Part shown: positions 7,351 through 18,100 of the stretch, one piece after another | How the letters are laid out: each line of letters opens with the position of its first letter | Numbering within the stretch: position 1 is the first letter of the stretch | Virus genome (UHGV): UHGV-0063828 | DNA from: a virus | Length of the DNA: 37,358 nucleotides | Direction: 5' to 3' (one strand) | Translations under genes and position numbers: made by a program | Notes under the pieces: generated by a model | The model's input: only the letters and a program-made list of their open reading frames with translations | Told to the model about the DNA's origin: nothing | The model's database searches: none

Positions 7351-9258
7351 ATGAAACTGATTTCTAATAAGGCAAAATTAAAAAAGATTCTTAAAAATGC
7401 AGCCAAATATATTACGCCACCGCCTAAGCTCCTTCCTTCTGAATGGTGCGAAGCGAATCTAACGCTAGTCGATGGTCCTCGTGCTGGGGATAAAGTTAAA
7501 TTACTGTCATTTCAGAAAGGCATGATTGATGCTCCTTTCCTTGAGAAGAAAAAGAAGTACGTTTTTTGTACGAGTGCGCAGATCGGAAAGACGACCATCA
7601 TGTCAGGGATCATGTTTAACCAGATGGCAAACGATCCGTGCAATATCATTATCGGGCAAAGTACCGCTAAAGAAGTGGCTATGTACTTGAATACTAAGAT
7701 CCGTCCTTCTATTGAAGCATGTCCGGCATTACAGGAAGTGGTAACAGATAAGAATGATCGTAATGCGGTAAACAACAATAACCAGATTCAGCTAAAAACA
7801 AACCATTTCCTTTACATGGTTTCTTTGACCAGTCCTTCAAGTTTGCGTGGGCGTACTGCCAAGTTAGGGATTGTAGACGAATGCGACGCAGCAACAATCA
7901 CCGAAGAAGGTTGTCCGGTGGCACTAACTGCAAACCGTTTAACTACCTTTGGTGATGAAGCTCGATTGATTGTTTCTAGTACCCCAACCAATAAGCTGGG
8001 AATCATTAACCAGCAATGGTTATCAAGTGATATGCGTATGTTTTTTGTTCCGTGTCCTCATTGCGGGGAACACCAGGTGATCGAGTGGGAAAACGTTCAA
8101 TTTGAATGGCGTAACATCGATGGTAAGAACTTACCCGATCCTGATACCGCTCGTTATATTTGCCCCCACTGTAAGAACGCATGGACCGAAGGGGAACGAA
8201 TCAGGGCAGTAGCACAAGGCGAGTGGAGAGCAACCCGTGAAAGTGAGGTAGCAGGATTCTGGATCAGCCGTCTGTATTCACCTTTCAGCACGATCCGCGC
8301 TTGTGTGGTTGATTTTAGTCATGCGTGGCAATCCTTTGATTTACAATCATTTTATAACACCGTGTTAGGCAAGGTATACGACGATCAGGACACGGCAGTA
8401 GAAGCAAATGAACTGGAACAACTCAAAACAGATGTTTCTATCGAGAATATCCCTGATGACGTAATTTTCTTGTGCTCAGGAATTGACCAGCAATTGGACC
8501 GCGCAGAATCTACCATCTTAGGTGTAGCGAAAGATAAGGTTTACATTCTGGATCACCGCAGCTTTTACGATCATAACTGTGAACGATACGAATCACCTGT
8601 TTGGGATCGTCTGGTTAACTTCAAGAAAACCAAATTCTATAACGTTAATGGTGAACGTGTGCCAATGCTCGCCAGCTTCCTTGATACATCGAACGGTCGA
8701 TTCACTCAAGCCGGATACCGTATTTGCGGCAAGTGGAAGAACCTACACGCTATCAAAGGTAGTTCATCTGGTAATGCTCCAGTGATTCCGGTTAAACCTA
8801 CCCGCACAGGTGGTCATGAATTGCTTATGTTGGGTGTTAACGTTGGGAAATCTGCTGTTCGTGAAATGTTGGTTAGAAACCTGAAAGACAATCCTCACAT
8901 TGGCTTAGAAATATCAGAAACCGTTCCTGATGATTATCTCGATCAGCTTTTGAGTGAATCCATCAAGCGTACTACTACTGGCGTGCGTTGGGTGAAAAAT
9001 CCAGGTAGTACCCGAAACGAGGCTCTCGACTGTCTGGTTTATAGCTATGCTGCTTCTCGCTACGTCCTTTCAAAAATGTCATGGGATAAACTCATTGCAA
9101 TGAAAGACAGCTTAAACCGTGTTGTCGAAGAATCCGTAAAAGCTCCTGAAACGCAATCTGACGAGCAAATCGAAGAAACTAAGCCAATCACACGACCGCA
9201 ACGTCAAAACATCGCCAGACGCCCAAATAGAGGCCGTAGCTGGGTAACATCGTTCTAA
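7351..9258 (+). CDS. Terminase large subunit, lambda gpA family
   Basis: P-loop region [10 protein letters not shown]; zinc-ribbon-like CPHCGEHQ...CPHC; GIDQQLDR and RNEALDC motifs as recalled from lambda gpA. Confidence 0.9.
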   Translation: MKLISNKAKLKKILKNAAKYITPPPKLLPSEWCEANLTLVDGPRAGDKVKLLSFQKGMIDAPFLEKKKKYVFCTSAQIGKTTIMSGIMFNQMANDPCNIIIGQSTAKEVAMYLNTKIRPSIEACPALQEVVTDKNDRNAVNNNNQIQLKTNHFLYMVSLTSPSSLRGRTAKLGIVDECDAATITEEGCPVALTANRLTTFGDEARLIVSSTPTNKLGIINQQWLSSDMRMFFVPCPHCGEHQVIEWENVQFEWRNIDGKNLPDPDTARYICPHCKNAWTEGERIRAVAQGEWRATRESEVAGFWISRLYSPFSTIRACVVDFSHAWQSFDLQSFYNTVLGKVYDDQDTAVEANELEQLKTDVSIENIPDDVIFLCSGIDQQLDRAESTILGVAKDKVYILDHRSFYDHNCERYESPVWDRLVNFKKTKFYNVNGERVPMLASFLDTSNGRFTQAGYRICGKWKNLHAIKGSSSGNAPVIPVKPTRTGGHELLMLGVNVGKSAVREMLVRNLKDNPHIGLEISETVPDDYLDQLLSESIKRTTTGVRWVKNPGSTRNEALDCLVYSYAASRYVLSKMSWDKLIAMKDSLNRVVEESVKAPETQSDEQIEETKPITRPQRQNIARRPNRGRSWVTSF

Positions 9259-9330
9259 TAACTCGCCGTCCTTCGGGGCGGCTTACTCCTAAATATTGTT
9301 AATCCAATAACAATTAAATAAGGGGTAATT

Positions 9331-9825
9331 ATGAGTTTAGAACTAATTCCCTTAGTAATTCGTAAAGGCGAAAAAATCACGCTGGCGAATGAAGAGGGTG
9401 TAACAATTCAGGTAGGTAATAGCAAAGGCATTGTATATCAGGTCGATGATGCACCGGAAAATCACGAGATTAAAACGTTAGACTTTCCAGAAGGGAAGAT
9501 GACCATTGTTATTACTCTTGATGAAGAACTGGTATCCATGCAGGAATTAACTGTTTTACCAGTATTCGCCAAACAATCCAAAAAAGAACATCTGCGGGAA
9601 ACTATCGCCAAAATCGAGCAAGTTATTTTCGCCCGTTTATCTGGGGACGAAGCCGCATTATCTGCAATGACAATAAAAGGGAACTCATTCGCTTATGAGT
9701 CATTGGGTGTTCTCCAGACTCTAAAAGTCGATTATGAACGTCAACTGTCTAAATTAATTCAAGCCGAACGACGTAAACAGGGAATTAGCCCGATTAAAAA
9801 TATCAAATTACGTCTTACGCGATAA
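9331..9825 (+). CDS. Hypothetical protein between terminase and portal (164 aa)
   Basis: AAGGGG SD; position corresponds to the head-tail joining gene slot in lambda-like layouts. Confidence 0.45.
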   Translation: MSLELIPLVIRKGEKITLANEEGVTIQVGNSKGIVYQVDDAPENHEIKTLDFPEGKMTIVITLDEELVSMQELTVLPVFAKQSKKEHLRETIAKIEQVIFARLSGDEAALSAMTIKGNSFAYESLGVLQTLKVDYERQLSKLIQAERRKQGISPIKNIKLRLTR

Positions 9826-9835
9826 GGGGTAAAAC

Positions 9836-11347
9836 ATGTTTAATCTTTTTCGACGCAAAAAGGCGGTAGAAACTCCAGTTAAAACTAATCACCGCCAGCA
9901 ACAACAAAAAATCTTTATCGACAAACAAGTAGAAAAATTCCAGAAAGATTTGTCTAAGCGTTCTTTGGGCTTAGTTGGTGATCGCATTGATGGATCGCTT
10001 CAACAAGACACCATTACCGGAACCTTCAATAAGGCTCTCAAATCGAACGGTAAGCGCCTTTATGATCAGGGTCGTACTCTGGCCTTAAACACTTCCGTAG
10101 GCAGTCGCTACACGCAATACATCACCGATATGGTGGTCGGTGGTGGCCTAGATCCGAAGCCATCAATCGTTAAATCAAATGGCAAACTTGATAGCGCACT
10201 GAATAAGCAGATCGAGAATGCTTTCTGGAAGTGGGCGCAGAATGCTAAACGCTTCTCTCGCAATGGTCGTTTTAACTTCCGTGAACTGCTGGTAATGGCT
10301 GAACGTGAGCGCGTTATGGGTGGTGAGTGCTTCATAGTTTTAACCAAAGAAAACAATGAGTTAAATGTTTCTATCCTGTCTGCTGATAAGTGCGACTGGT
10401 CGCTTAGTCGTGAAATAAGCAAAGACCGCGCGATCTTTCAAGGGATTGAGTATGACGTAGAAACAATGCGCCCTGTAGCATACTGGTTTAGAAAAATCAA
10501 TCTACTGACTCAGACTTACACAGGTGATAACTATCGCGTAGATGCTTCGCAAGTATGCCATTATTATCAACCACTTGCGGCTGAATCTCTGCGTGGTGTG
10601 ACTGACTTCCTGCCAGTGATTAAGGATATCGCACATCAAGACGCATTCCGCGAAACTGCGATCGTCCAGAAACGTATTGCGGCTAGTTCTATGGGCTTTA
10701 TCGAACGTCCGAAAGATTCTGGTGACGATTTTGATACTGGTGAAGAGGATGAACAATACCAAGCGCCGGAAGTAGTACAGGACTTTGCACCGGGTACTAT
10801 TCAGGAATTGCCGGAAGGGGCAACGATCAAGAGCATCCAGGCGACGCAAAGCGGTGATGACTTTAACAGCTTCAATGATGCGATGTTTACTAGCGTATCA
10901 ATGGGCTTAGGCGTGTTCAAACAGGGCTTAACGGGAGATTGTTCACAGATCAACTACTCAGCCGCACGCTACGGCGAATTACTTCAAAGAACGCGCGTTA
11001 AAGCACTGCAAAACAAATTGATTGAAACAGTGGTGTCGCCCATTTTCGAAGCATATCTACGCCATTATTCCGCGCGTGGTGTTGTTCCGATTCGTATTAC
11101 TGCAATTCCACATATTATCGATAACACTACTATTATTCGTCCGCGTTTTGAATCCGTCGATCCATTTAAAGACGTAAGCGCCGAGATTGCTTTAATTGAT
11201 AACGGACTTAAATCACGTACTGCCGTTATATTGGAACGTGGTGATGATCCTGAAAAAGTATTCTCAGAGATTCAAGCCGAAAAGAGCGCACTAAATATTA
11301 TCGTTAATGGCGAGGGTGAAGAAAAAAATTCCCCAGCCGATCCCTAA
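9836..11347 (+). CDS. Portal protein, lambda gpB-like
   Basis: 503 aa directly downstream of the terminase; segment AMFTSVSMGLGVFKQGLTGDCSQINYSAARYG resembles lambda gpB as recalled. Confidence 0.8.
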   Translation: MFNLFRRKKAVETPVKTNHRQQQQKIFIDKQVEKFQKDLSKRSLGLVGDRIDGSLQQDTITGTFNKALKSNGKRLYDQGRTLALNTSVGSRYTQYITDMVVGGGLDPKPSIVKSNGKLDSALNKQIENAFWKWAQNAKRFSRNGRFNFRELLVMAERERVMGGECFIVLTKENNELNVSILSADKCDWSLSREISKDRAIFQGIEYDVETMRPVAYWFRKINLLTQTYTGDNYRVDASQVCHYYQPLAAESLRGVTDFLPVIKDIAHQDAFRETAIVQKRIAASSMGFIERPKDSGDDFDTGEEDEQYQAPEVVQDFAPGTIQELPEGATIKSIQATQSGDDFNSFNDAMFTSVSMGLGVFKQGLTGDCSQINYSAARYGELLQRTRVKALQNKLIETVVSPIFEAYLRHYSARGVVPIRITAIPHIIDNTTIIRPRFESVDPFKDVSAEIALIDNGLKSRTAVILERGDDPEKVFSEIQAEKSALNIIVNGEGEEKNSPADP

Positions 11348-11392
11348 TAACCAACGGGGGCGCAATGCCCCCAATTAATTAAAGGTGATTAA

Positions 11393-13402
11393 ATGCTTAA
11401 ATTTCGCCGCGATCTTAACAGTTACGGTGGAGTTATTAACGAAGGGCATAACGATCAATACGAATTTGAAATTGCTTTCTCCAGTACCCAGCCTTACCAG
11501 CGCCAATTCTGGGATGAGCAAAATCAAGAAATGGTGGTATTAGATGAAATTCTGGTACATACACCGGAAGCGGTTGATCTGTCTCGTCTGAATAATAACG
11601 CTCCGTTGCTGTTCAATCATAATTTCGATAATCACATTGGTGTAGTCTGCGACGCTCGAATCGATGCGGATAACGTAGGTCGTGCTCTGGTTAAATTCTC
11701 TAAGCATGGCACTTTGGCTAATGATATTCGCAATAAAGTCATTGAAGGTACGATGGAAAAAATTTCTGTCGGTTATGACATTAAAGAATATCACATCGAC
11801 TACACCAAAGGACAATTGATTGTTACTAAGTGGGCACCCTATGAACTCTCATTTGTCACCGTTCCCGCAGACGATACGGTCGGTTTAAATCGCTCTCTAA
11901 ATACTATCACAGTTAATTTGGAGGCTAAACGCGATATGACTAAAGAACAAATCGAAGAAATCAAAGAAGAACAAGAATCCGCTCAGGTTGAAGAAACTCC
12001 GGTAGAAGAAAATAAAGAACCGGAAGTTGAAGAAACTCAAGAGCGCCAAGTTGAAGAGAATAAAGAAAATGAAAATCTCGAAGACGGAAAAGACGCTGAA
12101 CATCCTGAAAGTGTTGATGATGATAGTTCAACTGTTCGGGAAACAGAAGAAGTAAAAGAAGAACGTGAAGCCGCTCCGGTTGAAGAAGAAAAAACCGAAG
12201 AAGTGGCTGAACGTTCCGAAGAAGACGAATTAGAAATTCGCGAAATTGCACGCGAACTAAATATTGATGACTCTGAATTAGCACGCGCATTGGCAATTAA
12301 AGACATGACGCCGGAAGCATTCCGCACTAAGGCACTAAATAACATTACCAATGCTCAACGTAATAACGAACAAATTAAGGACTCTAAAATGGAAAAAACT
12401 TTCGATCTTAATAACGTAATCCGCTCCCTGGTAGATGGCGACGTGCTCGGCGCTCATGAAGCTGAATATTCCGCAATGGCTGCTACTGCAACTATGCAGC
12501 GTGGTCGTGCTGCTCGCGGTGGCTCTGTATTCGTTCCTGCTGCTGCTATGCGTGCTGCTTCCGAAGGTAACACCAAAGCTACTCTGACTGCTGTTACTGA
12601 TGAAAAACTGCTGACTGAATCCTACATCGAAATGCTGCTTCCTGCTTCGTGTCTGGGTCGTCTGGGCGTGACCGTCCTGTCTGGTCTGAATAGCCCGATC
12701 GCTGTTCCGAAAATGACTGCTTCCAGCGTTGATGCATTTGGTTTTGTTGATGAAAACGGTGCTGCACCGGAAAGCAAAGCTGAATTTTCGAACGTGAAAA
12801 TGGCTCCGAAAACTTTTGCTGGTGGCAACCCGATCAGCCGTCAGTCTCTGAAAACTGTTCCGAATATTGCTACCCTGATCACTGATCATATTAACAAAGC
12901 TGTTCGCATCAAACTGGAACAACTGATTCTGTCTGACAAAGATAATACTCGCGGTCCGGCTGGTCTGGTTAAACAACTGGTAGATGGTGGTCGCGTTGCT
13001 AAGAAAACCGCTTTCAGCTACAAAGACCTGTTGAAAGAGATTGCCGCATTGACCGACGCTGGCGTTCCTGCTCAGGCGATCAAGTTCGCTATGAGTGGTG
13101 CAACTGCTGCTGAACTGGAATCTACCCCGAAATCTGATCGTGGTGACGCTCAAGGCTTCATTATGGAAAACGGCAAAATTGCTGGTTATGAAGTAGTTAC
13201 TTCTGGCGTTATTCCGGCAGATACGATCGTTCTGGGCGATTTCAGCGGCATTATCGTTGGGGAATGGGGAGGTCTTGAGCTAGATCTGGACGATTCGACG
13301 TACCGTGCCCAGTCGGCGATCGTGCCTCGTGTATGGCTGGATTTGGACTACGTTGTAGCACAGCCGGAAGCTCTGAAAGTTCTGAAAATTGGCGAAGAGT
13401 GA
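11393..13402 (+). CDS. Fused prohead protease / scaffold-like acidic linker / HK97-fold major capsid protein
   Basis: N-terminal ~180 aa prohead-protease-like; Glu/Lys-rich acidic middle; C-terminal ~337 aa capsid-like with strongly optimised codons; in-frame internal ATGs with SD at 11936 and 12389. Confidence 0.8.
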   Translation: MLKFRRDLNSYGGVINEGHNDQYEFEIAFSSTQPYQRQFWDEQNQEMVVLDEILVHTPEAVDLSRLNNNAPLLFNHNFDNHIGVVCDARIDADNVGRALVKFSKHGTLANDIRNKVIEGTMEKISVGYDIKEYHIDYTKGQLIVTKWAPYELSFVTVPADDTVGLNRSLNTITVNLEAKRDMTKEQIEEIKEEQESAQVEETPVEENKEPEVEETQERQVEENKENENLEDGKDAEHPESVDDDSSTVRETEEVKEEREAAPVEEEKTEEVAERSEEDELEIREIARELNIDDSELARALAIKDMTPEAFRTKALNNITNAQRNNEQIKDSKMEKTFDLNNVIRSLVDGDVLGAHEAEYSAMAATATMQRGRAARGGSVFVPAAAMRAASEGNTKATLTAVTDEKLLTESYIEMLLPASCLGRLGVTVLSGLNSPIAVPKMTASSVDAFGFVDENGAAPESKAEFSNVKMAPKTFAGGNPISRQSLKTVPNIATLITDHINKAVRIKLEQLILSDKDNTRGPAGLVKQLVDGGRVAKKTAFSYKDLLKEIAALTDAGVPAQAIKFAMSGATAAELESTPKSDRGDAQGFIMENGKIAGYEVVTSGVIPADTIVLGDFSGIIVGEWGGLELDLDDSTYRAQSAIVPRVWLDLDYVVAQPEALKVLKIGEE

Positions 13403-13493
13403 AATAACGAAGAATTGCCGGAAGAAATTCCGGTAGTTACGGCGAAAGCCACAGCTAAAAAGGTGGGACGTCCACCGAAAGCAAAATAATAAT

Positions 13494-13522
13494 TAGCCCT
13501 GCCTAACGGTGGGGCTTTTTTG
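13494..13522 (+). terminator. Intrinsic terminator after capsid gene
   Basis: AGCCCTGCC-TAAC-GGTGGGGCT hairpin with wobble pairs followed by TTTTTT. Confidence 0.6.
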
Positions 13523-13551
13523 TATGTAAATACTCCATAAAGGGGGTAACT

Positions 13552-13842
13552 ATGTTCAAATTATCAGAATCACAATTATCAAGAATGTTCCGAAGTGCTC
13601 CTGTATTTTCGGTGGAAGGTGGTAAATCAATTCGTGCTTATCATGAAATTACTACTACCGACGAACAAGGGGTAATGACAGAGACAGAATTTTTATTTTG
13701 TCGTGAGGGAGACTTAAAGCAGGGTGATATTGTCATTGTAGAAAATCAGCGTTTCAAAGTTCAATACGTTAAGCGCAATGGTGACAATACAACTGATTGC
13801 TTTATCACTCTGGCAGGGGGTACACATGCTCGCTACCGTTAA
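13552..13842 (+). CDS. Putative head-tail connector / head completion protein (96 aa)
   Basis: AAGGGGG SD; position immediately after capsid gene and terminator. Confidence 0.45.
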   Translation: MFKLSESQLSRMFRSAPVFSVEGGKSIRAYHEITTTDEQGVMTETEFLFCREGDLKQGDIVIVENQRFKVQYVKRNGDNTTDCFITLAGGTHARYR

Positions 13843-14248
13843 TAATATGCCGAGACTGAAAATCAAACGCGCCTTGCAAGATATTATCGAACAAGATTTA
13901 GGTCTGGCTTTAAACGTAGAACAAACTCAGCAAGGCTTTAGTGATGATGTGGTTTGTTGGATCACCGGAATGAATGAGACTTACACTAGGGTCCGTGGTG
14001 GTAATGCAATGCAAGCTGAATGCGTTATCGAAATGCAATTGTATTCTCAGATTCATGAAACCAAAATTCATGAGGGTATTTGCCAGATAATCCAGATTCA
14101 GCCGGATAACCCACGTTTTAAAGATTTGGGCTTCGCTATTTCAGATATCACTCCAGTAGCTTCTAATACCGATTATGACGATGATTCTAGTGATGGGGGT
14201 ATCGTTGGGACACTTAGCCTTAAATTTTCTTATCTAGCGCGTTTTTAA
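13826..14248 (+). CDS. Putative head-tail connector protein (141 aa)
   Basis: Start placed at ATG 13826 with GGGGG SD, overlapping the previous gene end; positional inference only. Confidence 0.4.
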   Translation: MLATVNNMPRLKIKRALQDIIEQDLGLALNVEQTQQGFSDDVVCWITGMNETYTRVRGGNAMQAECVIEMQLYSQIHETKIHEGICQIIQIQPDNPRFKDLGFAISDITPVASNTDYDDDSSDGGIVGTLSLKFSYLARF

Positions 14249-14257
14249 GGGGTAATA

Positions 14258-15091
14258 ATGAATATTACACAAGATAACTTAGACATTTTCACGGGGTCGC
14301 ATGTTGAAGTCTCCGTGTCTACTATGGTGGATAACCAGCCGGACTTTTTCGATCCTGCATTTAGTCCTATCGAGAACATCGCAGCATTCCCGACGATAAC
14401 CGAATCTACAGATATCCAGACGTTAGAAGAGTATGATCAGGACGCTACGGGTAAACTTGCTGGCTATCGTAAACTGGAACCGACAACACTCACGTTAAAC
14501 CGTGTTCTGGATGACGAACATCAAGCAATGTTGATGAAAGCGGTAGAGGATAAAACACCTTTACGCTTCCGTATGTTCTATGTTGTGAACTCTGGCTATA
14601 GTGCTGCTAACACTGGTTACTATGTCATCTATGATGCTTACGTCACATCACATAAAACCCGTGGTAGTGATAACAAAGCTGTAACACTGGAATTTAAACT
14701 TGAACCAGATGGCGGGATTCTAGCAAGGGGTATAGCGACCGAGGGAAAAATTCTGCGACAAGGTGATTTTGGTATTGGTGCTGGTGTACATCCATTCACT
14801 GGTCCGATTGATAGTGAAGCATTAGCCGGAAACCGTTTCGTAACTTATCAGGGATCGAGCGCATCTAATCCATTTAGTGCTGATACTTCACTAATTCACG
14901 TTCAACCTAATGAAGATGGTGGATGGCAATTAACTTGCACCGCTTCCGGCGCACCACGTTTACGAGTTCGCACAGTCCAGAAAGACGGTAATTCGGGATG
15001 GGTGAAAGTGTATTCCACAGAAGAAAAACCGACACCAGCCGAGATTGAAGCCGTTTCTATCCATGACCGGATCGACTTCGGGGAATACTGA
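14258..15091 (+). CDS. Tail- or fibre-associated structural protein (277 aa)
   Basis: AAGGGG SD; C-terminal EEKPTPAEIEAVS motif also present inside the downstream tail fibre (GDKPTPAEIGAYS); ordinary codon usage argues against it being the major tail protein. Confidence 0.5.
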   Translation: MNITQDNLDIFTGSHVEVSVSTMVDNQPDFFDPAFSPIENIAAFPTITESTDIQTLEEYDQDATGKLAGYRKLEPTTLTLNRVLDDEHQAMLMKAVEDKTPLRFRMFYVVNSGYSAANTGYYVIYDAYVTSHKTRGSDNKAVTLEFKLEPDGGILARGIATEGKILRQGDFGIGAGVHPFTGPIDSEALAGNRFVTYQGSSASNPFSADTSLIHVQPNEDGGWQLTCTASGAPRLRVRTVQKDGNSGWVKVYSTEEKPTPAEIEAVSIHDRIDFGEY

Positions 15092-15164
15092 TTGCTTCTC
15101 TAAATAAAACATGACGCGGGAGGTTAACGCCTCCCTTATTCCTGTTTTATAGTGAGGTGATTCG

Positions 15165-18100
15165 ATGCAGTCGATCCAATTTAAACGAACAAATGTTTCT
15201 GGCAAAAAACCAACGCCGGAACAATTACAGGTCGGTGAGGTAGCAATCAACCTTAAAGACCATGTTATTTTTACCAAAGACCGAGATCATGAAGTAGTTC
15301 AAATCTCTGTTTCTCCTGAAACTCACGCGGCACTAGAATCTAAAGTTGATGCTAACAAACAAGAACTGGATAGCACAATTGCAGTAAATGACCGCAATAT
15401 TCACGCTAAAGTAGATGAAATTAAACAAACTACTGATGCAACCATCGCAGCAAATCACGCAGAAATTAACAATAAAGTTGATGTAATTAAACGCGAAACC
15501 GACGCGACAATCGAGGCCAATAAAAATAAAGCTGCTTCCGATCTTGCTGGTGTTAAAGCTGAATTGTCGGATACCATCAACGCTAATAAAAATGCGGCTG
15601 CTGTAGCAACTCAGGAACTGGACACCCGCATCAATAAAAAAGTTGATGATATTAAATCCCGTACCGATGCAACCATCGCAAGCAATGACAAAGCAATCAA
15701 TGACAAAGTTGATTTGATTAAGGCAGAAACTGACCGCACTATCGCAGCAAATAAAGTCTATGCGGAAAATCAGTTAACTGACACCTACAATAACCTTACT
15801 GGTGTGATTGCAGCCAATAAGCAAGAGGCAGCGGATAACGTCGCGGCATTAACCCGTGATGTTGAAGCCAAAAATACCGCAATTCATAGCAAAGTTGACA
15901 ATAACAAGTCTTACACTGATTCTGAATTGGCACGTTTAGAAAGCCGTATTGATGCAGCCGATGGATCGAGTGATGGCAAGTACATCAAAAAGCACGTAAA
16001 CACTTACACTGATGGCTATTTGCTATCTAAGACCGCAAACTATTTTGATGATCCGGGTGCGCGTAATCTTGATTATTTTGGTGCATTCCGCATGAATGAC
16101 CTGGCGGGTCATATTGCAATGATCTTGCATGTTCCGCATCCATCTGGTGTTAATCATGCTCGTGGCTTTGAGTTCACTTATGGGTCCAATCCACATGCTA
16201 CTGTAAGAACATACGGCTATGATGAATTGGGTCATTTGGCATATTCTCACCGCATGTATCATGAAGGCGATAAACCAACTCCGGCTGAAATTGGCGCATA
16301 TTCGAAAGCAGAAATTGACCGGATGTTCCAGAAGACCATCAACTTTGGTGTAGAAACTGGATGGTTTAAAATTGCTACCGCCTTTATTCCGCAAAATGAT
16401 GGACGTAGCTTGAAAATTAGATTGATTGGTGGAAATGGGTGGAACGTAGGCCAAACTGGACAATGTAATATTATTGAACTTGTTATAAGGACTAGCAACG
16501 GTTCGCCTAAAGGAATTAACTTTGTTGCGTATCATCATGTTTCTGGTTACGAGAATCAATTTTGTGCCATTAATACAAGTGATGACACTTATGATATCTA
16601 TGCATATTACTTCGAATTTACTAATATGGTAATGGCTGAATATCAAGCGTCTACCGGTGTTAATTTAACTGTACTTGATCGACCTGAATATGTAGGCGAA
16701 AAACCTGTAGCTGATCATATCTATGATGCATATACAATACACTCCTTTAACAGTTTCAGTAACCGTGGAACGTTAAATTTTGCTGGAAACCATCAAGGTC
16801 AATATGATATTGAGCATTTGAACGAACAACCGACAAATGCTAAGAAAATGCTGCGTCGCTTCCGTAGTTCTGCTCCTGCCACTATCTGGCACGAAAGTGT
16901 TGATGACCAAAATTATCGTCTTGCTACTGGATATAGCGATGTAAACCCACAATTATTGCTTTCTGCTGTAACCGGGTTACATGTCAAGAGATTAACGTTG
17001 GATGGTGGTGTCACTGGAAATTCTGGTATTGATATTCGTCGAGGACCAAACGAATCAAGCCATTTTAATTTTATGGATTATCGCACTGGTCAAGATGTTC
17101 GTAATGGCTGGTTTGGCTTCGGTGATGGTCAGACCAAAGATTTTATTTGGTGGAACGATAACGGTCAAAACTCGATAAACTTGATTGAAAACGGTGAATT
17201 GCATATTACTGGCGGTAAAGGCCAGAAAATTGTAATGAATAGCGAAGTTGCATTATCTGAAAATGCTCGTTTGGCTGTCAAAGGCGGTAACTATGGCTTA
17301 ATTTTTAGAAATGATGGATCTGACTTCCATATTCTCACCACAGGTCTCGGTGATTCCTTTGGACCGTGGAATACTCGTAGACCATTCAGCTATAATTTTG
17401 CGGATGGTGGATTGGATCTAGGTGGTACTGAAACCGCTCGTTGTTTGCACCTGGGAATTGATGGTAGCACTCGTCTCGAAGACAACCTTTTATTTAAATC
17501 TGGTTCTCGTCAATCTATGGACTATATGGAACTCGTCCATTGGGGTAACAGTAATACAGGACGCAACAACGTTTTGAGTATGCGGGATTCCAAAGGATTT
17601 TTAGCCGAATTTGAACGCACCGGAAACAATAGCATTAAAACTAGATTCTTTGGTGAAACCTTCACTGACGGTACATTATACCTAAATCAGATGAATAATA
17701 GCTCTGAACGATTCTCTATCAACAATTGGGGAAATTCAGAAGTTGGACGCGCGGCAGTAATGGAAATCGGTGATTCCAAAGGTTATCACTTCTATACGGA
17801 ACGTAGAACAGATAACAGTTTGGCGTTTGATGTTGCTGGCGCTTTTACTGTGCATGGACCTAACGGAATAACCATCAAAAACTCAGCGGGTGCACGCCAT
17901 ATCTGGTTTAGAGATGATAGCGATGCAGAAAAGGCTGTTATCTGGGCTACAGATGATGGTCTTTTACATATTCGCAATAACTACGGTGGACATTTTAGTC
18001 ATCACTTCCAGGGTGCAATGATTAAAGTGGGAGAGCGTGTTCCTTATGCCGCAGATCAAGGACTTATCCGTGGTGAGGTTTCTGGTGGTGCATATGTTGC

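Noticed and set aside
12335-13153. 272 aa minus-strand ORF (and 11961-12351 ORFs) inside the capsid fusion gene
   Set aside because: Antisense to a strongly codon-optimised capsid domain; Ser/Phe-rich translation typical of shadow frames
16023-16646. Minus-strand ORFs inside the tail fibre gene (16023-16646, 16259-16498, 17964-18305)
   Set aside because: Antisense shadow ORFs within a well-supported long structural gene
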